This document shows, in pieces, positions 30,688 to 41,039 of a DNA stretch of 48,972 nucleotides; positions within the stretch are counted from its first letter, which is position 1, and every line of letters begins with the position of its first letter. The DNA lies in assembly GCA_947501605.1 (NCBI GenBank), contig CANMWZ010000032.1, forward strand, positions 1-48,972, given 5' to 3'. The notes beneath the pieces were generated by a model, which was given only the letters and a program-made list of their open reading frames with translations, did no database searches and was not told the DNA's origin. The position numbers and the translations under genes were made by a program. The stretch comes from Planctomycetota bacterium. GTDB taxonomy: Bacteria; Planctomycetota; UBA1135; UBA2386.

Positions 30688-32510
30688 TGCATCGGCCCAC
30701 CAGCTTTCGCGGCCGATTGGTGCTTGGTTCGGCACTGCAAGTGACGGTCTTCGTCGGGGTCGCCGTACTAATGCTCGCCGTCCTCATCGAGCGCTTCACG
30801 CAGGAGCAAGCCGAGAAGACCATCGCCGATGCGCGCGCCAGCTTCGGGATCCAGATGGAGGTTCATCTGCGCTCCTGGCGCCGCGAAACCCGAGAGTTCG
30901 CCAGTTCGCCGCGATTGCTCGCGCTGACCGCCGACGCCAATGCCGACCCCGATGCACTCGCCGATTCGCTGCGGTCTATCGAGGCGCCACTCGTTGCGAT
31001 CGTCAACGCGACGGGCACCGTGCTGGCCAGTCGCGGCATCCTCGCCAAAGGCACGGACGTCGGTAGTCAACGAGGCTTCCACGAGGCGCTCGTGGCCGGC
31101 GTTCAGGACCACGTCTGGATCACTCCGCAGGGCCCGGCCATCGTCGCGGTGACACCCCTCATCCGCGGCGAAGAACTGCTGGGCGCCTTGGTCCGTGGCG
31201 AGATGATCGACTCCAATTTCGCCCAGCGCATCAGCGGCATCGCCAGCACCGACGTGATCTTGCTGCACGACGGCGTTGTTCTCGGCAGGCGCTGGCGCGA
31301 CCCACCGCGCGATCCGGTGGACCTGTCGCAGCTGCAATCCTTGCGGGCCGAGCTGCTCCCGGCTCAGGGCACGACGCTGGAACTCGAAGTCGACGGCGAG
31401 CCGCGCTTTGGGCTAGCACTGCGGCTGCATGACGAGCTCGGGCTCGTGTTTCTGTCGCACGATCTCAAGGCCATCGAGTCCCTGCATGGCACCGCCATTG
31501 GCTGGCTCCTCGCGGCCGGCGGGATCCTCGCGATCCTCGGGGTCCTCGCTGCACGGCACTTGGCCACTCGGCTCTGCCGCCCGCTGGCGACGCTCTCGTC
31601 CGCGTCGGATCGGATGGGCAAGGGCGAACTCTCGACCCGCGTCGATGCCACGGGCATGGACCAGGAACTCGGCACCCTCGCCCAGTCGTTCAACACGATG
31701 GCGCAGACAGTGCAGGCCCTGCTGGTCGAAGTAACCGACAAGGCGACTCACGCCGAAGCCGCCAACCGCGCCAAGGACGGCTTCATGACCTCGATGAGTC
31801 ACGAACTGCGAACGCCGCTGACCGGGATCCAATCGACCGCCGAGTTGCTCCGAGAATATGGTGAGGATTCGTCACCGGCCGAGCGCGCCGAGTTCTTGTC
31901 AACGATCCTGCGCGAGGCGGAACGTCTCGGCCAGCGCATCAGCGACGCCCTCGACTTTGCCAATCTAGTCGGCGACAAGACCTCCTGGACCTTGGGGCGC
32001 GTCGAACTCCTGGCCGTGTGCGAGCAGGCGTGTCGCCGTCTCGACAGCTTGCTGACGCTCAAGTCCGTGCACTTCTCGATCCACTGCGACAGCCGCGCGT
32101 GCCTGCAGGGAGACCGCGAGCGCTTGACCCAAGCCGTCTACCATCTGGTGCACAACGCCTGGAAGTGGAGCCCGCCAGAGGGCGAGATCGAGATCCGTGT
32201 CCGCAGCACGCACAGCGACTACGTGATCGAAGTAGCGGACCGCGGCCCAGGCATCCCCAAAGTCGACCAGAAGCGGATCTTTGACTCGTTCACGCAGGGC
32301 GGCAACTTGCTGGTCGACAAGCCTTCGGGCATCGGCATCGGCCTCAAGATCGCTGCCGAGGTCGCGACGGTGCACGGCGGCGCAATCGAGTACAGCGATC
32401 GGCCGGGTGGCGGGGCCTGCTTCCACTTGTTGCTGCGAACCGTCGATCGCGCGATCGATGAACTGGCTGCGCCTTCACGGCCAACAGCGCTCATGCCGCA
32501 ACTGCAGTGA
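30687..32510 (+). CDS. Membrane sensor histidine kinase (periplasmic sensor-HAMP-HisKA-HATPase)
   Basis: SHELRTPLT, LVHNAWK, DRGPGIP and GIGIGL. Confidence 0.93.
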   Translation: MHRPTSFRGRLVLGSALQVTVFVGVAVLMLAVLIERFTQEQAEKTIADARASFGIQMEVHLRSWRRETREFASSPRLLALTADANADPDALADSLRSIEAPLVAIVNATGTVLASRGILAKGTDVGSQRGFHEALVAGVQDHVWITPQGPAIVAVTPLIRGEELLGALVRGEMIDSNFAQRISGIASTDVILLHDGVVLGRRWRDPPRDPVDLSQLQSLRAELLPAQGTTLELEVDGEPRFGLALRLHDELGLVFLSHDLKAIESLHGTAIGWLLAAGGILAILGVLAARHLATRLCRPLATLSSASDRMGKGELSTRVDATGMDQELGTLAQSFNTMAQTVQALLVEVTDKATHAEAANRAKDGFMTSMSHELRTPLTGIQSTAELLREYGEDSSPAERAEFLSTILREAERLGQRISDALDFANLVGDKTSWTLGRVELLAVCEQACRRLDSLLTLKSVHFSIHCDSRACLQGDRERLTQAVYHLVHNAWKWSPPEGEIEIRVRSTHSDYVIEVADRGPGIPKVDQKRIFDSFTQGGNLLVDKPSGIGIGLKIAAEVATVHGGAIEYSDRPGGGACFHLLLRTVDRAIDELAAPSRPTALMPQLQ

Positions 32511-32534
32511 GCACCGACTCCGACGGCACCAACG

Positions 32535-33260
32535 TCACTGGACCGCCACCACGTCGCCGCGCGTCACGACGAACCGCTTGAAGTCGAGCGAACGGATCCA
32601 GCCACCAACACCTGGCTGCATGAACAGTGCCTTGCCGGTCTGCGCGAACGCTGCTGCGTCTTCCCACTTCAGCAGGTGCACCCAGCGGCCATCGGGCGCG
32701 ATCCACAACGAATGCGCTCGCAGCCCCTTGCCCTTCTCGAACTCGGACTCGGCGGCGTCGAACTTGGCAACGTTGGCCTCGCGCGTGACCGTCGGCTTGG
32801 TCCGAAACACGACGACCTCCAAGTGCCCGCACTTGTCGTTGCTGTAGACATGTTCGCGCAGTTGACGAAAGTGCAGGCGCCCTTCGCGATTGACATCGGC
32901 GGAGCCGGTGAAGGTCTTGCGCTCAGGGCTGCCCTCGAGCGTCAACGACGCCTCTTCGGCGTCTTCGATCGACTTCCACACCGTGGCGCGCGCCGTCTTG
33001 CCCGGCTCATCGACGTCATCCAGACGTAGCGTCCATTCGTGACCGGCGCGGGCGGCGAGCAGGCGATCGACGCCAGCACAGGCCGTCACCAAGTTCTCGG
33101 GCTTCGCTCCATTCATGAGGTAATCGACGGCGAAGTCGAGCACCGGAGCGTCGGCGCGCACCTCTACCGGAGCGTGCCACGATGTCGCGGCTGCCGAGAT
33201 CGCGACGACAATCGGCACCAGAGCGCACAGCATCGTGCGCACGAACGAGCGCTGCATCAT
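32535..33260 (-). CDS. Exported protein with two dimeric alpha-beta barrel (ABM-like) domains
   Basis: Signal-like N-terminus and repeats ending TVWKSIEDAEEA and HLLKWEDAAAF. Confidence 0.6.
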   Translation of the reverse strand: MMQRSFVRTMLCALVPIVVAISAAATSWHAPVEVRADAPVLDFAVDYLMNGAKPENLVTACAGVDRLLAARAGHEWTLRLDDVDEPGKTARATVWKSIEDAEEASLTLEGSPERKTFTGSADVNREGRLHFRQLREHVYSNDKCGHLEVVVFRTKPTVTREANVAKFDAAESEFEKGKGLRAHSLWIAPDGRWVHLLKWEDAAAFAQTGKALFMQPGVGGWIRSLDFKRFVVTRGDVVAVQ

Positions 33261-33330
33261 GCGGCACAGCATCGCCGCTCCCGGCGCCGGTGCAATGTGC
33301 CTCTCAGCCGTGCACGCCGTCAGCCAAGTC

Positions 33331-34767
33331 TCACTTGCGCACCGCGACCACCGGCTCGGGCACAGTGACGCCGCCGCCAAGAGCCTTGAAGATTGCGACC
33401 ATACTGCTCGCGATCGACGACTCGCTGGTGACCAAGTCGTCCTCGACCGTGGCCACCGTTCGCTCCGAATCGATGACCGCTTGGAAGTCCGAGAGGCCAG
33501 CGCGGTACTGCGTCTGCGCCAACTCGACCGCACGGCGGGCCTGCTGCGCCGCGCGCTGCAGCGACGCGCGCCGCGACTGCTGGCGAACGAACTGGGTCAT
33601 CGCGTTCTCCGTCTCCTCGAGGGCCAGCAATACGGTCTGCTCCCAGGCGACTTGAGCCGCCTCGGCATTGGCCTCGAGCGCCGCCACTCGCTGCCGCAGG
33701 CGACCGCCGTCGAACAGGTTCCAGCGCATCGACGGCCCGAAGGCGAGCACGTCGCTGTCGGCATCGAAGAAGTCCTTGGCACTGTTCGACGCGAGACCGA
33801 GCGTACCGGTCAACGAGAACCGCGGGTACCGCTCGGCTTCGCCAACGCCGATGCGCGCGACCTCGGCGGCAAAGCGCCGCTCGGCCCGCCGCACGTCAGG
33901 ACGCCGCCGCAGCAGGTCGGTCGGAACGCCGACCGCAACCTTCGCCGGCACGACCGGGAGCCTGCCCGGTTCACGCAGCGACATCGGCAGGTCGCCAGGC
34001 GCGCGACCGAGCAACACCGCGAGCCGGTTCTGGGCCGCGATCGCTTCGGCTTCCAGCATCGGCAGGCGTGAGCGCGTGGTCTCGACGTTGGTCGAGGCCT
34101 GAGCGACGTCGCGTTCGACGACGAGACCGGCGGCCGAACGCGCTTGCACCAGTCCGAGCGTTCGCTCTTGCAGACTGAGGTTTGACTGCGCGATCTGCAG
34201 GCGCCGCTGGGCCGCGCGCAGATCGACGTAGGTCGAAACGACCTCGGCGGCGACCGAGAGCGCCGCACCTTGCAGTTCGGCTTCGCTGGCTTCCAGGTCG
34301 CGTTCGGCGGCCTCGATCGAACGCCGCACGCGGCCCCACAGATCGAGTTCCCACGCCGCGTCGACGCTGGCCGAGTGGATGTTGGTCCGCGGGATGAACG
34401 CACCAAACGGCGTGTTCCTGCTCTCTTCGCGATGCTCATAGCCAGCGCGCGCGTCGAGTGCAGGCCACTGATCGGCGGCTGCGACCCCGCGCAGCGCCCG
34501 CACCGCCGACAGTCGCGCAAACGTGCCGCGCAGGTCGAGGTTCTGCGCCAGCGCACGCTCGACGAGTTCGAGCAACACCGGGTCTTCGAACGTACGCCAC
34601 CACTCGGCCTCGATCGGGGCGCCGTCGGCAAGCCCGGCGTCGAGCGCCTGCTGCCACGCTGCGGGCAGGGTGACCTCCGGTTCTCTGTAGTCGGGACCAA
34701 CCGCGGCGCAGGCAGCGAGCAACGCGACAGTCGACATGAGAGTGTTCTTCACGATCGCAGAGGGCAT
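33331..34767 (-). CDS. RND efflux outer-membrane lipoprotein (NodT/OprM family)
   Basis: LAAC lipobox, VGPDY, WELDLWGRVRR, LLRRRPDVRRAE and KALGGG. Confidence 0.95.
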   Translation of the reverse strand: MPSAIVKNTLMSTVALLAACAAVGPDYREPEVTLPAAWQQALDAGLADGAPIEAEWWRTFEDPVLLELVERALAQNLDLRGTFARLSAVRALRGVAAADQWPALDARAGYEHREESRNTPFGAFIPRTNIHSASVDAAWELDLWGRVRRSIEAAERDLEASEAELQGAALSVAAEVVSTYVDLRAAQRRLQIAQSNLSLQERTLGLVQARSAAGLVVERDVAQASTNVETTRSRLPMLEAEAIAAQNRLAVLLGRAPGDLPMSLREPGRLPVVPAKVAVGVPTDLLRRRPDVRRAERRFAAEVARIGVGEAERYPRFSLTGTLGLASNSAKDFFDADSDVLAFGPSMRWNLFDGGRLRQRVAALEANAEAAQVAWEQTVLLALEETENAMTQFVRQQSRRASLQRAAQQARRAVELAQTQYRAGLSDFQAVIDSERTVATVEDDLVTSESSIASSMVAIFKALGGGVTVPEPVVAVRK

Positions 34768-37700
34768 CAGGCGAACTCCATCGCGGTCGAAGGGGCCGTC
34801 TCGGACATGGACTGGTGCAGAGGCTCGTCACCTTCTTCGCGTTCGCTGTCGCGGTGGTCGGCGGCAATCCAGACGTAGAACGCCGGCACGACGAACAGCG
34901 TGAACAGCGTGCCCAGCGCCATGCCGGCGACCAGTACGATGCCGATGCTGTTGCGCGCCGCAGCACCTGGACCCTGCACGAAGACCAACGGCAAGTGACC
35001 AAAGATCGTCGCCGCCGTCGTCATCACGACGGGGCGCAAGCGCGTCGACGCGGCTTCGCGCAGAGCCGCGAGCTTGTCGAGCCCTTGCCGCTGCAGGGTG
35101 TTGGCAAACTCGACGATGAGGATGCCGTTCTTCGCGATGAGGCCGACCAGAGTGATCAGGCCGACCTGCGAGTAGACGTTGATCGTCGACGTCGTCGCCG
35201 GCAACTGCCATTCGAGGAACGGAAACAGCAAGGCTCCGGTGATCGCTAGCGGCACCGAACCAACCAGCACGATCAGGGGATCGCGGAAGCTGCGGAACTG
35301 CGCCGCCAGCACGAGATACACCAGCACGATGGCGAAGCCGAGGGTGGTGACCAGCGACGATGCCTCGCGACGGATCTGCCGCGACTCGCCGGCGTAGTCG
35401 ATCGTCACCGCACTGCCGGCGACCTTTCGCGCCGCGGCTTCGAGGATCGACAGCCCCTCTTCTTTGGTGACGCCCGGCAACATGCCGGCCATGACCTTCG
35501 CGGCATTGCGCTGCTGGAAGCGGTTCAGCGTGCGCGGCGCCGCACCGGCCTCGATCGTCACGAACGACGACACCGGCACGAGATCGCCAGCAGGCGTCTT
35601 GATCTTCAGATCGAGCAGCGGGCCGACAGTCGCGCGGTCCTGCTGACTCACCTGCGGGATGACCTTGTAGCTGCGGTCGTAGTAGTTGAAGCGATTGACG
35701 TAGCCACCGCCGAGCAACGAACCAAGCTCGCGACCGACGCTGGCGAGGTCCATGCCGAGGTCGGCGACGCGATCGCGGTCGACGGCGACGCGCGCCTCGG
35801 GCCGATCGATCTTGAGGTCGGTATCGACATACATGAACTTGCGGCTCTCGTAGCCGGCGCCAACGACCGCCATCGTCGCGCCGATCAGTTCATCGAGTGG
35901 ACCCGAACTCTGCAGGATCAACTCCACGTCATGCATGCCGGACGTCGGCAGCGGCGGATCGAGCCGCGGAAACACGCGCAACCCCGGCACCTGCGAGGCT
36001 CGACCGAACAACTCGCCGACAGTCTCCAACGTCGATCGGGAGCGCTCGGTCCAGTCCTTGTGCACCACACCGCCAAACCCGCCCCAACTGGCGACGAGGG
36101 ACCACATGAACTTGGCTTCTGGGATCTGCTTGACCTGAGCGACGATCTCGCGCGAGGCCGCGTCGACGGCTTCGAGCGTCGCGTCGGGCGACGCATCGAA
36201 GAACATGCTGATGTGACTCTGATCCTCCACGGGCGCCAGTTCGCGCTTGGAGCCTTCGTAGAGCGGCCAGGCTGCAACTGCGACCAGAACGGAGGCCGCG
36301 ACGATGGCCCAGCGGATCGCCAACGCGCCGTCGAGAAGGCGCACGTAGAGGCCGCGAACCCAGGCGAAGCCGCGGTCGACCTGCTGCGTCAGCCACGCTT
36401 CCTTGCCGTGCGCTCGCACCATGCGCGAACTCATCACCGGCGACAGGGTCACGGCGACAAAGCCGGAGACCAGGACCGCGGCCGCGAGCGTGATTGCGAA
36501 CTCGAGGAACAGCGCGCCGGTCAGGCCACCCTGAAACCCGATCGGCGTGTAGACCGCCGCCAGCGTGATCGTCATCGCGATGATCGGGCCGAGTAGTTCG
36601 CGCGCGGCCTCGATCGCAGCTTGCGTACGCGACTTGCCCATGCGCACGTGGCGTTCGACGTTTTCGACCACGACGATCGCGTCATCAACCACGAGGCCGA
36701 CCGAGAGAACGATCGCGAGGATCGTCAGCAAGTTGAGCGAGAAGCCGAACGCCGCCATCACGACAACCGCGCCGATCAACGACACCGGCATCGCCACGAG
36801 CGGCACCAGCGCGGTGCGGATCGAGCCCAAGAACAAGAAGACCACGAAGCCGACGATGAGGATCGTCTCCATCAGGGTCTTGCTGATCTCGGTCAGCGCG
36901 TCGCGCATGAACTTCGTGCCGTCGTAGGCGAGGTTCATCTCGAGGTCGGGCGGCAGCGACGGCCGGAGCCGAGCCATCTCGGCGAGCAGGTTGTCGCCGA
37001 CTTCGATCTCATTGGCGCCGACGAGCGGCCAGACGCCCAGGTAGACGCTCGGCTTCTCGTTGTACTTGGCCATCATGTCGGGCTCTTCCGAACCGAGCTC
37101 GACGCGCGCGATGTCGGCGATGCGCACGACGGCGCCGCCGCGATCGGTAACGATCAGATCCTCGAACTCCCGGACCGAGCGCAGGTCGGTGTCGGCGAGC
37201 AAGTTGATCTGCACGAGGTTGCCCTTCGTCTGACCAACGGCCGCCAGGTAGTTGTTGCGCTCGATCGCGGTGAACACGTCACCGGGCGCGAGATTGACGG
37301 CGGCGAGGCGATCCGGATCGATCCAGATGCGCATCGCGATCGCCCGACCACCTTCTTGGTTGCTGACGCGCTGCACGCCAGGGATCGTCGCGAGCTGCGG
37401 CTGCGCGTTGCGCGACAGCCAATCCGTCAACTCAGCCAGACTGCGCTGCGGCGACGTGAAGCTGAGGTAGAAGGTCGCGTACGGTCGATCGGCGCGTTGC
37501 ACGTCGACGATCGGCGGCTCCGCCTCGGCTGGCAGTTCGCTGCGCACTTGCTGCAGACGCGTCGTGACCTCGGCGAGCGCACGCGTGGTGTCGTAGCCCA
37601 GTTCGAGTCGAATGGTGACCTTGCTGACGCCGGCGCGACTCTCGGACTCGAGATGGTCGATACCGCCAATCGCAGACACGGTTCGCTCGATCGGCGTGGT

Positions 37701-37892
37701 CAAGAAGCCGCGCACAGTCTCGGCCGAGGCGCCGGTGTAGACCGTCGTGATGATGACCGAGGCACTGTCGATGCTCGGGTACTGCTGCACTGGCAGCATG
37801 CCGACGGTGCGCCAGCCCACGAGCAGCAACATCAGGTTGACGACAAGCGCCAGCACGGGGTGGCGTACGAAGGTGTCGGTTACGGCTTTCAT
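34767..37892 (-). CDS. RND efflux permease (AcrB/MdtC family)
   Basis: GLVVDDAIVVVENV, KNGILIVEFA and RLRPVVMT. Confidence 0.96.
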   Translation of the reverse strand: MKAVTDTFVRHPVLALVVNLMLLLVGWRTVGMLPVQQYPSIDSASVIITTVYTGASAETVRGFLTTPIERTVSAIGGIDHLESESRAGVSKVTIRLELGYDTTRALAEVTTRLQQVRSELPAEAEPPIVDVQRADRPYATFYLSFTSPQRSLAELTDWLSRNAQPQLATIPGVQRVSNQEGGRAIAMRIWIDPDRLAAVNLAPGDVFTAIERNNYLAAVGQTKGNLVQINLLADTDLRSVREFEDLIVTDRGGAVVRIADIARVELGSEEPDMMAKYNEKPSVYLGVWPLVGANEIEVGDNLLAEMARLRPSLPPDLEMNLAYDGTKFMRDALTEISKTLMETILIVGFVVFLFLGSIRTALVPLVAMPVSLIGAVVVMAAFGFSLNLLTILAIVLSVGLVVDDAIVVVENVERHVRMGKSRTQAAIEAARELLGPIIAMTITLAAVYTPIGFQGGLTGALFLEFAITLAAAVLVSGFVAVTLSPVMSSRMVRAHGKEAWLTQQVDRGFAWVRGLYVRLLDGALAIRWAIVAASVLVAVAAWPLYEGSKRELAPVEDQSHISMFFDASPDATLEAVDAASREIVAQVKQIPEAKFMWSLVASWGGFGGVVHKDWTERSRSTLETVGELFGRASQVPGLRVFPRLDPPLPTSGMHDVELILQSSGPLDELIGATMAVVGAGYESRKFMYVDTDLKIDRPEARVAVDRDRVADLGMDLASVGRELGSLLGGGYVNRFNYYDRSYKVIPQVSQQDRATVGPLLDLKIKTPAGDLVPVSSFVTIEAGAAPRTLNRFQQRNAAKVMAGMLPGVTKEEGLSILEAAARKVAGSAVTIDYAGESRQIRREASSLVTTLGFAIVLVYLVLAAQFRSFRDPLIVLVGSVPLAITGALLFPFLEWQLPATTSTINVYSQVGLITLVGLIAKNGILIVEFANTLQRQGLDKLAALREAASTRLRPVVMTTAATIFGHLPLVFVQGPGAAARNSIGIVLVAGMALGTLFTLFVVPAFYVWIAADHRDSEREEGDEPLHQSMSETAPSTAMEFA

Positions 37893-37899
37893 CGGCGCC

Positions 37900-39084
37900 T
37901 CACTTCTGCTGCTGGGCTGCGTTGGCAGCGGTGTCATTCACGAGGACGCCTTCGAACAACTTGAAGGAGCCCGAAGCGGCGATGCGTTCACCGGCCGCGA
38001 CGCCCGCGCGGATCACGACTTCATCGCCAAGGACGATGCCGGACTCCACGCGACGCGTGCGCGCCCGCAGCAGGCCACCGTCGGCCTTCTCCAGCACGAA
38101 CACCGAGTCACCCCCGGGACTGCGACGCAGCGCACTGACCGAAACGACGACCACGTCGTGCGGCAGTTCGACCGGAACGCGCACGCGCAGCGACGAACCA
38201 GGCTGGGGTTGTGGTTGCCCGGTCAGCAAGGCACGGATCGTCGTGCTGCGCGTCTGTGACTCGACGCGCGCGTCGATCGCGACAAGGGACGCCTTGGCCA
38301 CGCGAGCGCCGAACGCGACCTCGATCTCGGCACCGATCGCCAGCAACGACGCCGTCTCCTGTGTCACCGAGAAATCGACGTGGATCGAATCGTCGAGGCC
38401 TTGCAGCGTGGTGATCATCGTGCCGGGATCGAGATACTGACCGACGTGGAGGTCGACCATGCCGACGCGCGCCGGAAACGGCGCCCGCACGATCTTGCGG
38501 TCGATGAGGGCCTTGGTGCGCGCGACGTTGGCGGTGGCCTTGTCGCGCTCGGCGCGCGCGCGGTCGACATCCGCTGCGGATGCACCCTGACTCTTCTCCG
38601 CCTGCTCCATGCGCGCCAGCATCGAGTCCGCGAGCCGGGCCTCGGCCTCTAGCGCGGCAAGCTCCGCCTGTTCGACGCTGACATCGAGTTCGACCAGGGC
38701 ATCGCCGGCGGCAACCACCTTGCCCGTTTCGAGGCGAACGACGCGCACCGTGCCCGACACTTCGTTGCGCAGCGAGATCGAACGCAGGGCGCGCGCCGTG
38801 CCGATGGCGGTCGTGGTGCGCGCGTACTGACGCGTGCTCGCGGTTGCGCCCTCGACGGTTTCGGAGTGCTCGGGCTGCTGCCGTGCCGCGGCCTCGGCGG
38901 CAGCGACCTTGCCGGCCTTGACCAGGATCAGGCCGTAGCCGACCGCGGCGAGGGCGGCGAAAAGGCTGACGGTCGCGAGGAGCCGCCGACCGTGGCGCGG
39001 GGGCGGCGGCGGGGGCAGGACAGGCGAAGCCGGGATTAGACCGGTCGGTTTTTCCCCGATCGGCAGAGCGGAAGTTGGGGTCAT
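37900..39084 (-). CDS. RND periplasmic adaptor (MFP)
   Basis: EVSGTVRVVRLETGKVVAAGDALVEL and VRAPFPARVG. Start uncertain. Confidence 0.92.
   Translation of the reverse strand: MTPTSALPIGEKPTGLIPASPVLPPPPPPRHGRRLLATVSLFAALAAVGYGLILVKAGKVAAAEAAARQQPEHSETVEGATASTRQYARTTTAIGTARALRSISLRNEVSGTVRVVRLETGKVVAAGDALVELDVSVEQAELAALEAEARLADSMLARMEQAEKSQGASAADVDRARAERDKATANVARTKALIDRKIVRAPFPARVGMVDLHVGQYLDPGTMITTLQGLDDSIHVDFSVTQETASLLAIGAEIEVAFGARVAKASLVAIDARVESQTRSTTIRALLTGQPQPQPGSSLRVRVPVELPHDVVVVSVSALRRSPGGDSVFVLEKADGGLLRARTRRVESGIVLGDEVVIRAGVAAGERIAASGSFKLFEGVLVNDTAANAAQQQK
39037..39051. promoter_or_regulatory. Second TetR operator-like site
   Basis: TAGACCGGTCGGTTT, which shares its core with the 39750-39768 site. 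Confidence 0.6.
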
Positions 39085-39115
39085 GGCGATTTTGGCGGCA
39101 AAAGGGCGGCGCGCT

Positions 39116-39733
39116 TCAGCTGCTTTGGGCGCCCGGGTGGCGCAGCAGCGTGTCGAAGACGAAGGTTTGGAAGTCGTCGAGGGCGGCGATGTTGCGGTCG
39201 ATCTGCATCCGGATCGCAGCACCTTCCCAGAGCATGATGAGCACGTTGGCGAGGTGGTCGGCGTCGTGCTTGCGGTCGATCTCATGCAGGTTCTGCCCCT
39301 CGCGCAGGACCTGCGCCAGCATCGCCGACCACTGTTGGTAGGCACACTTGACGGCGGCGTGGACGGACTCGCTGAGGCTGCCGGTTTCGAGGGCCAGCTT
39401 GGGGATCAGGCACTCGGCGTTGGCACCCGAGGCGGCGCAGTCCGCGCGGGCCTGCTCGAACATCGTCCGCAGGCGCTGCAGCGGCGAAAGGCGCCGGTCC
39501 CCCAGCAACGGTCGCATCTCGTCCAGGTGCTGATCGCGGGCCCGCTCGATCACCGCGACACCAAACTCCTCCTTGGAGCTGAAGTGGTGGTAGAAAGAGC
39601 CTTTAGGGACGCCAGCCTGCTGCAGAACCTCGGTCAAACCGCAACCGTTGAAGCCCTTCCTGCCAAACAGCTCGGTGCCGGCGACGAGCAGACGTTCGCG
39701 GGTATCGAGGTCGCGGGTGGCTTCGGGGGACAT
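39116..39733 (-). CDS. TetR-family regulator (NemR-like)
   Basis: KGFNGCGLTEVLQQAGVPKGSFYHHFSSKEEFG, ECLIPKLALE and LWEGA. Confidence 0.92.
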   Translation of the reverse strand: MSPEATRDLDTRERLLVAGTELFGRKGFNGCGLTEVLQQAGVPKGSFYHHFSSKEEFGVAVIERARDQHLDEMRPLLGDRRLSPLQRLRTMFEQARADCAASGANAECLIPKLALETGSLSESVHAAVKCAYQQWSAMLAQVLREGQNLHEIDRKHDADHLANVLIMLWEGAAIRMQIDRNIAALDDFQTFVFDTLLRHPGAQSS

Positions 39734-39749
39734 GCGGGGCTTGGTCAGA

Positions 39750-39792
39750 AAACCGACCGGTCGGTCTATAGCGGGCTGACTGAACTTTGCAA
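39750..39792 (-). promoter_or_regulatory. Sigma70-like promoter overlapped by a palindromic TetR operator
   Basis: TTGCAA-N16-TATAGA, with the perfect 14-bp palindrome ACCGACCGGTCGGT at 39752-39765. Confidence 0.7.
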
Positions 39793-39862
39793 GCGGCCCC
39801 ACGATCTACCGACACCGCCCAGCCTAGGCTTCGCCGTCGCCTTAGATCTTGCGCCAGCCGTC

Positions 39863-41026
39863 GTGAAACCCCGCCCCTTCCTGCTCACCACCGCCATCCT
39901 CGGCGGCGCGGTTCTCTATCTCGCACTGCGCTCCGAAGCGGCAGGCGTGCCGAGCCGCAGCGACACCGAGCCAGCCGCCGAACGGAGTCTCGAACCGAGC
40001 CCGGCGACCGGCCCCGCGGGCGCCCCACCAACCGCCTCGCCACCGAGTTCGACCCAAGACGTGCCCCCAACGCGCACGACGTGGGTCGAGCCCGCAGTGA
40101 TGAGCGTCGACTTCCGCCTTCGGGGCCGCGTCGAGGTTGGAGCAGAACGCCGCGCGAGCATCCAGGTCTGGTTGATCGAGTTCGGCGAGGACCCCGACTT
40201 CGGACCGTTCGATCATTCGCCGCAGCAGCGATTCCTCGACGACCTCGACGATGTGAAGTTCGACTTGGCTCGGCTGAAGCCGCGCCTCGTCGGCCCGGTC
40301 GAATTGGTGGCGACCGCGACGCCGGACAGCGACGGCACGTTCGCGATCACGTTGCCGCGCAACGTCAACACGTCGTTCGCCCGCCTCGTGGCACTCGACC
40401 AGGAACTGGGCGAATGCACGCCGCTCTGCACACTCACCTTCCCCGAGACCGTGCTGACGTTCCCGCCACCGAGCGATCTCGACGTGGTCGTCACGCACGA
40501 CCTCGGCGGCGCGAACCTCACGGTCGAAGCCGTCGACGTGATGCGCCGTTATCGCAAAGCCCACAGCGCCCCGCTCGAGAACGGCATCGCGCGCTTTGCC
40601 GCCCTGCCGCGAAGCCATTGGGTGTTCTGCGTCCGCAGCGACGACCCGCCGCTCTACTGCGCGACCAAGCCGATCGACACGAGCAACCATCGCTTCGCCC
40701 TCCACCTCGACGTGCGCACGCGGGCCGCGGCCTGCACGTCGGACCTGCACGACGAAGAACGCGGCGGCACGATCTCGCCGCTGGTCGAGGCCAGTGTCTC
40801 AGGCGGCCGGATGCCGGGCACCGAGCGGCTGCGGCTCGGCATCCGCTGCCCGCGTTGCGCGCTGCTCAGCAAGGGCACCTACGACTTCGATCGAGAGACC
40901 CCGAAGTACTCGTTCGGGTCCTTCCCGGTGCCGCAACTCGTGCAGAAGGACGGCGACGTCGTCCACGTGTGGGACGAGGACGGTGTGACGCAGTTCGCGC
41001 CGAGCGCGTGGATCGAAGTGCGCTGA
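39863..41026 (+). CDS. Hypothetical membrane-anchored protein
   Basis: GTG start, N-terminal TM, Pro-rich linker and beta-rich body. Confidence 0.7.
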   Translation: MKPRPFLLTTAILGGAVLYLALRSEAAGVPSRSDTEPAAERSLEPSPATGPAGAPPTASPPSSTQDVPPTRTTWVEPAVMSVDFRLRGRVEVGAERRASIQVWLIEFGEDPDFGPFDHSPQQRFLDDLDDVKFDLARLKPRLVGPVELVATATPDSDGTFAITLPRNVNTSFARLVALDQELGECTPLCTLTFPETVLTFPPPSDLDVVVTHDLGGANLTVEAVDVMRRYRKAHSAPLENGIARFAALPRSHWVFCVRSDDPPLYCATKPIDTSNHRFALHLDVRTRAAACTSDLHDEERGGTISPLVEASVSGGRMPGTERLRLGIRCPRCALLSKGTYDFDRETPKYSFGSFPVPQLVQKDGDVVHVWDEDGVTQFAPSAWIEVR

Positions 41027-41039
41027 CGACGAGGCTCGG

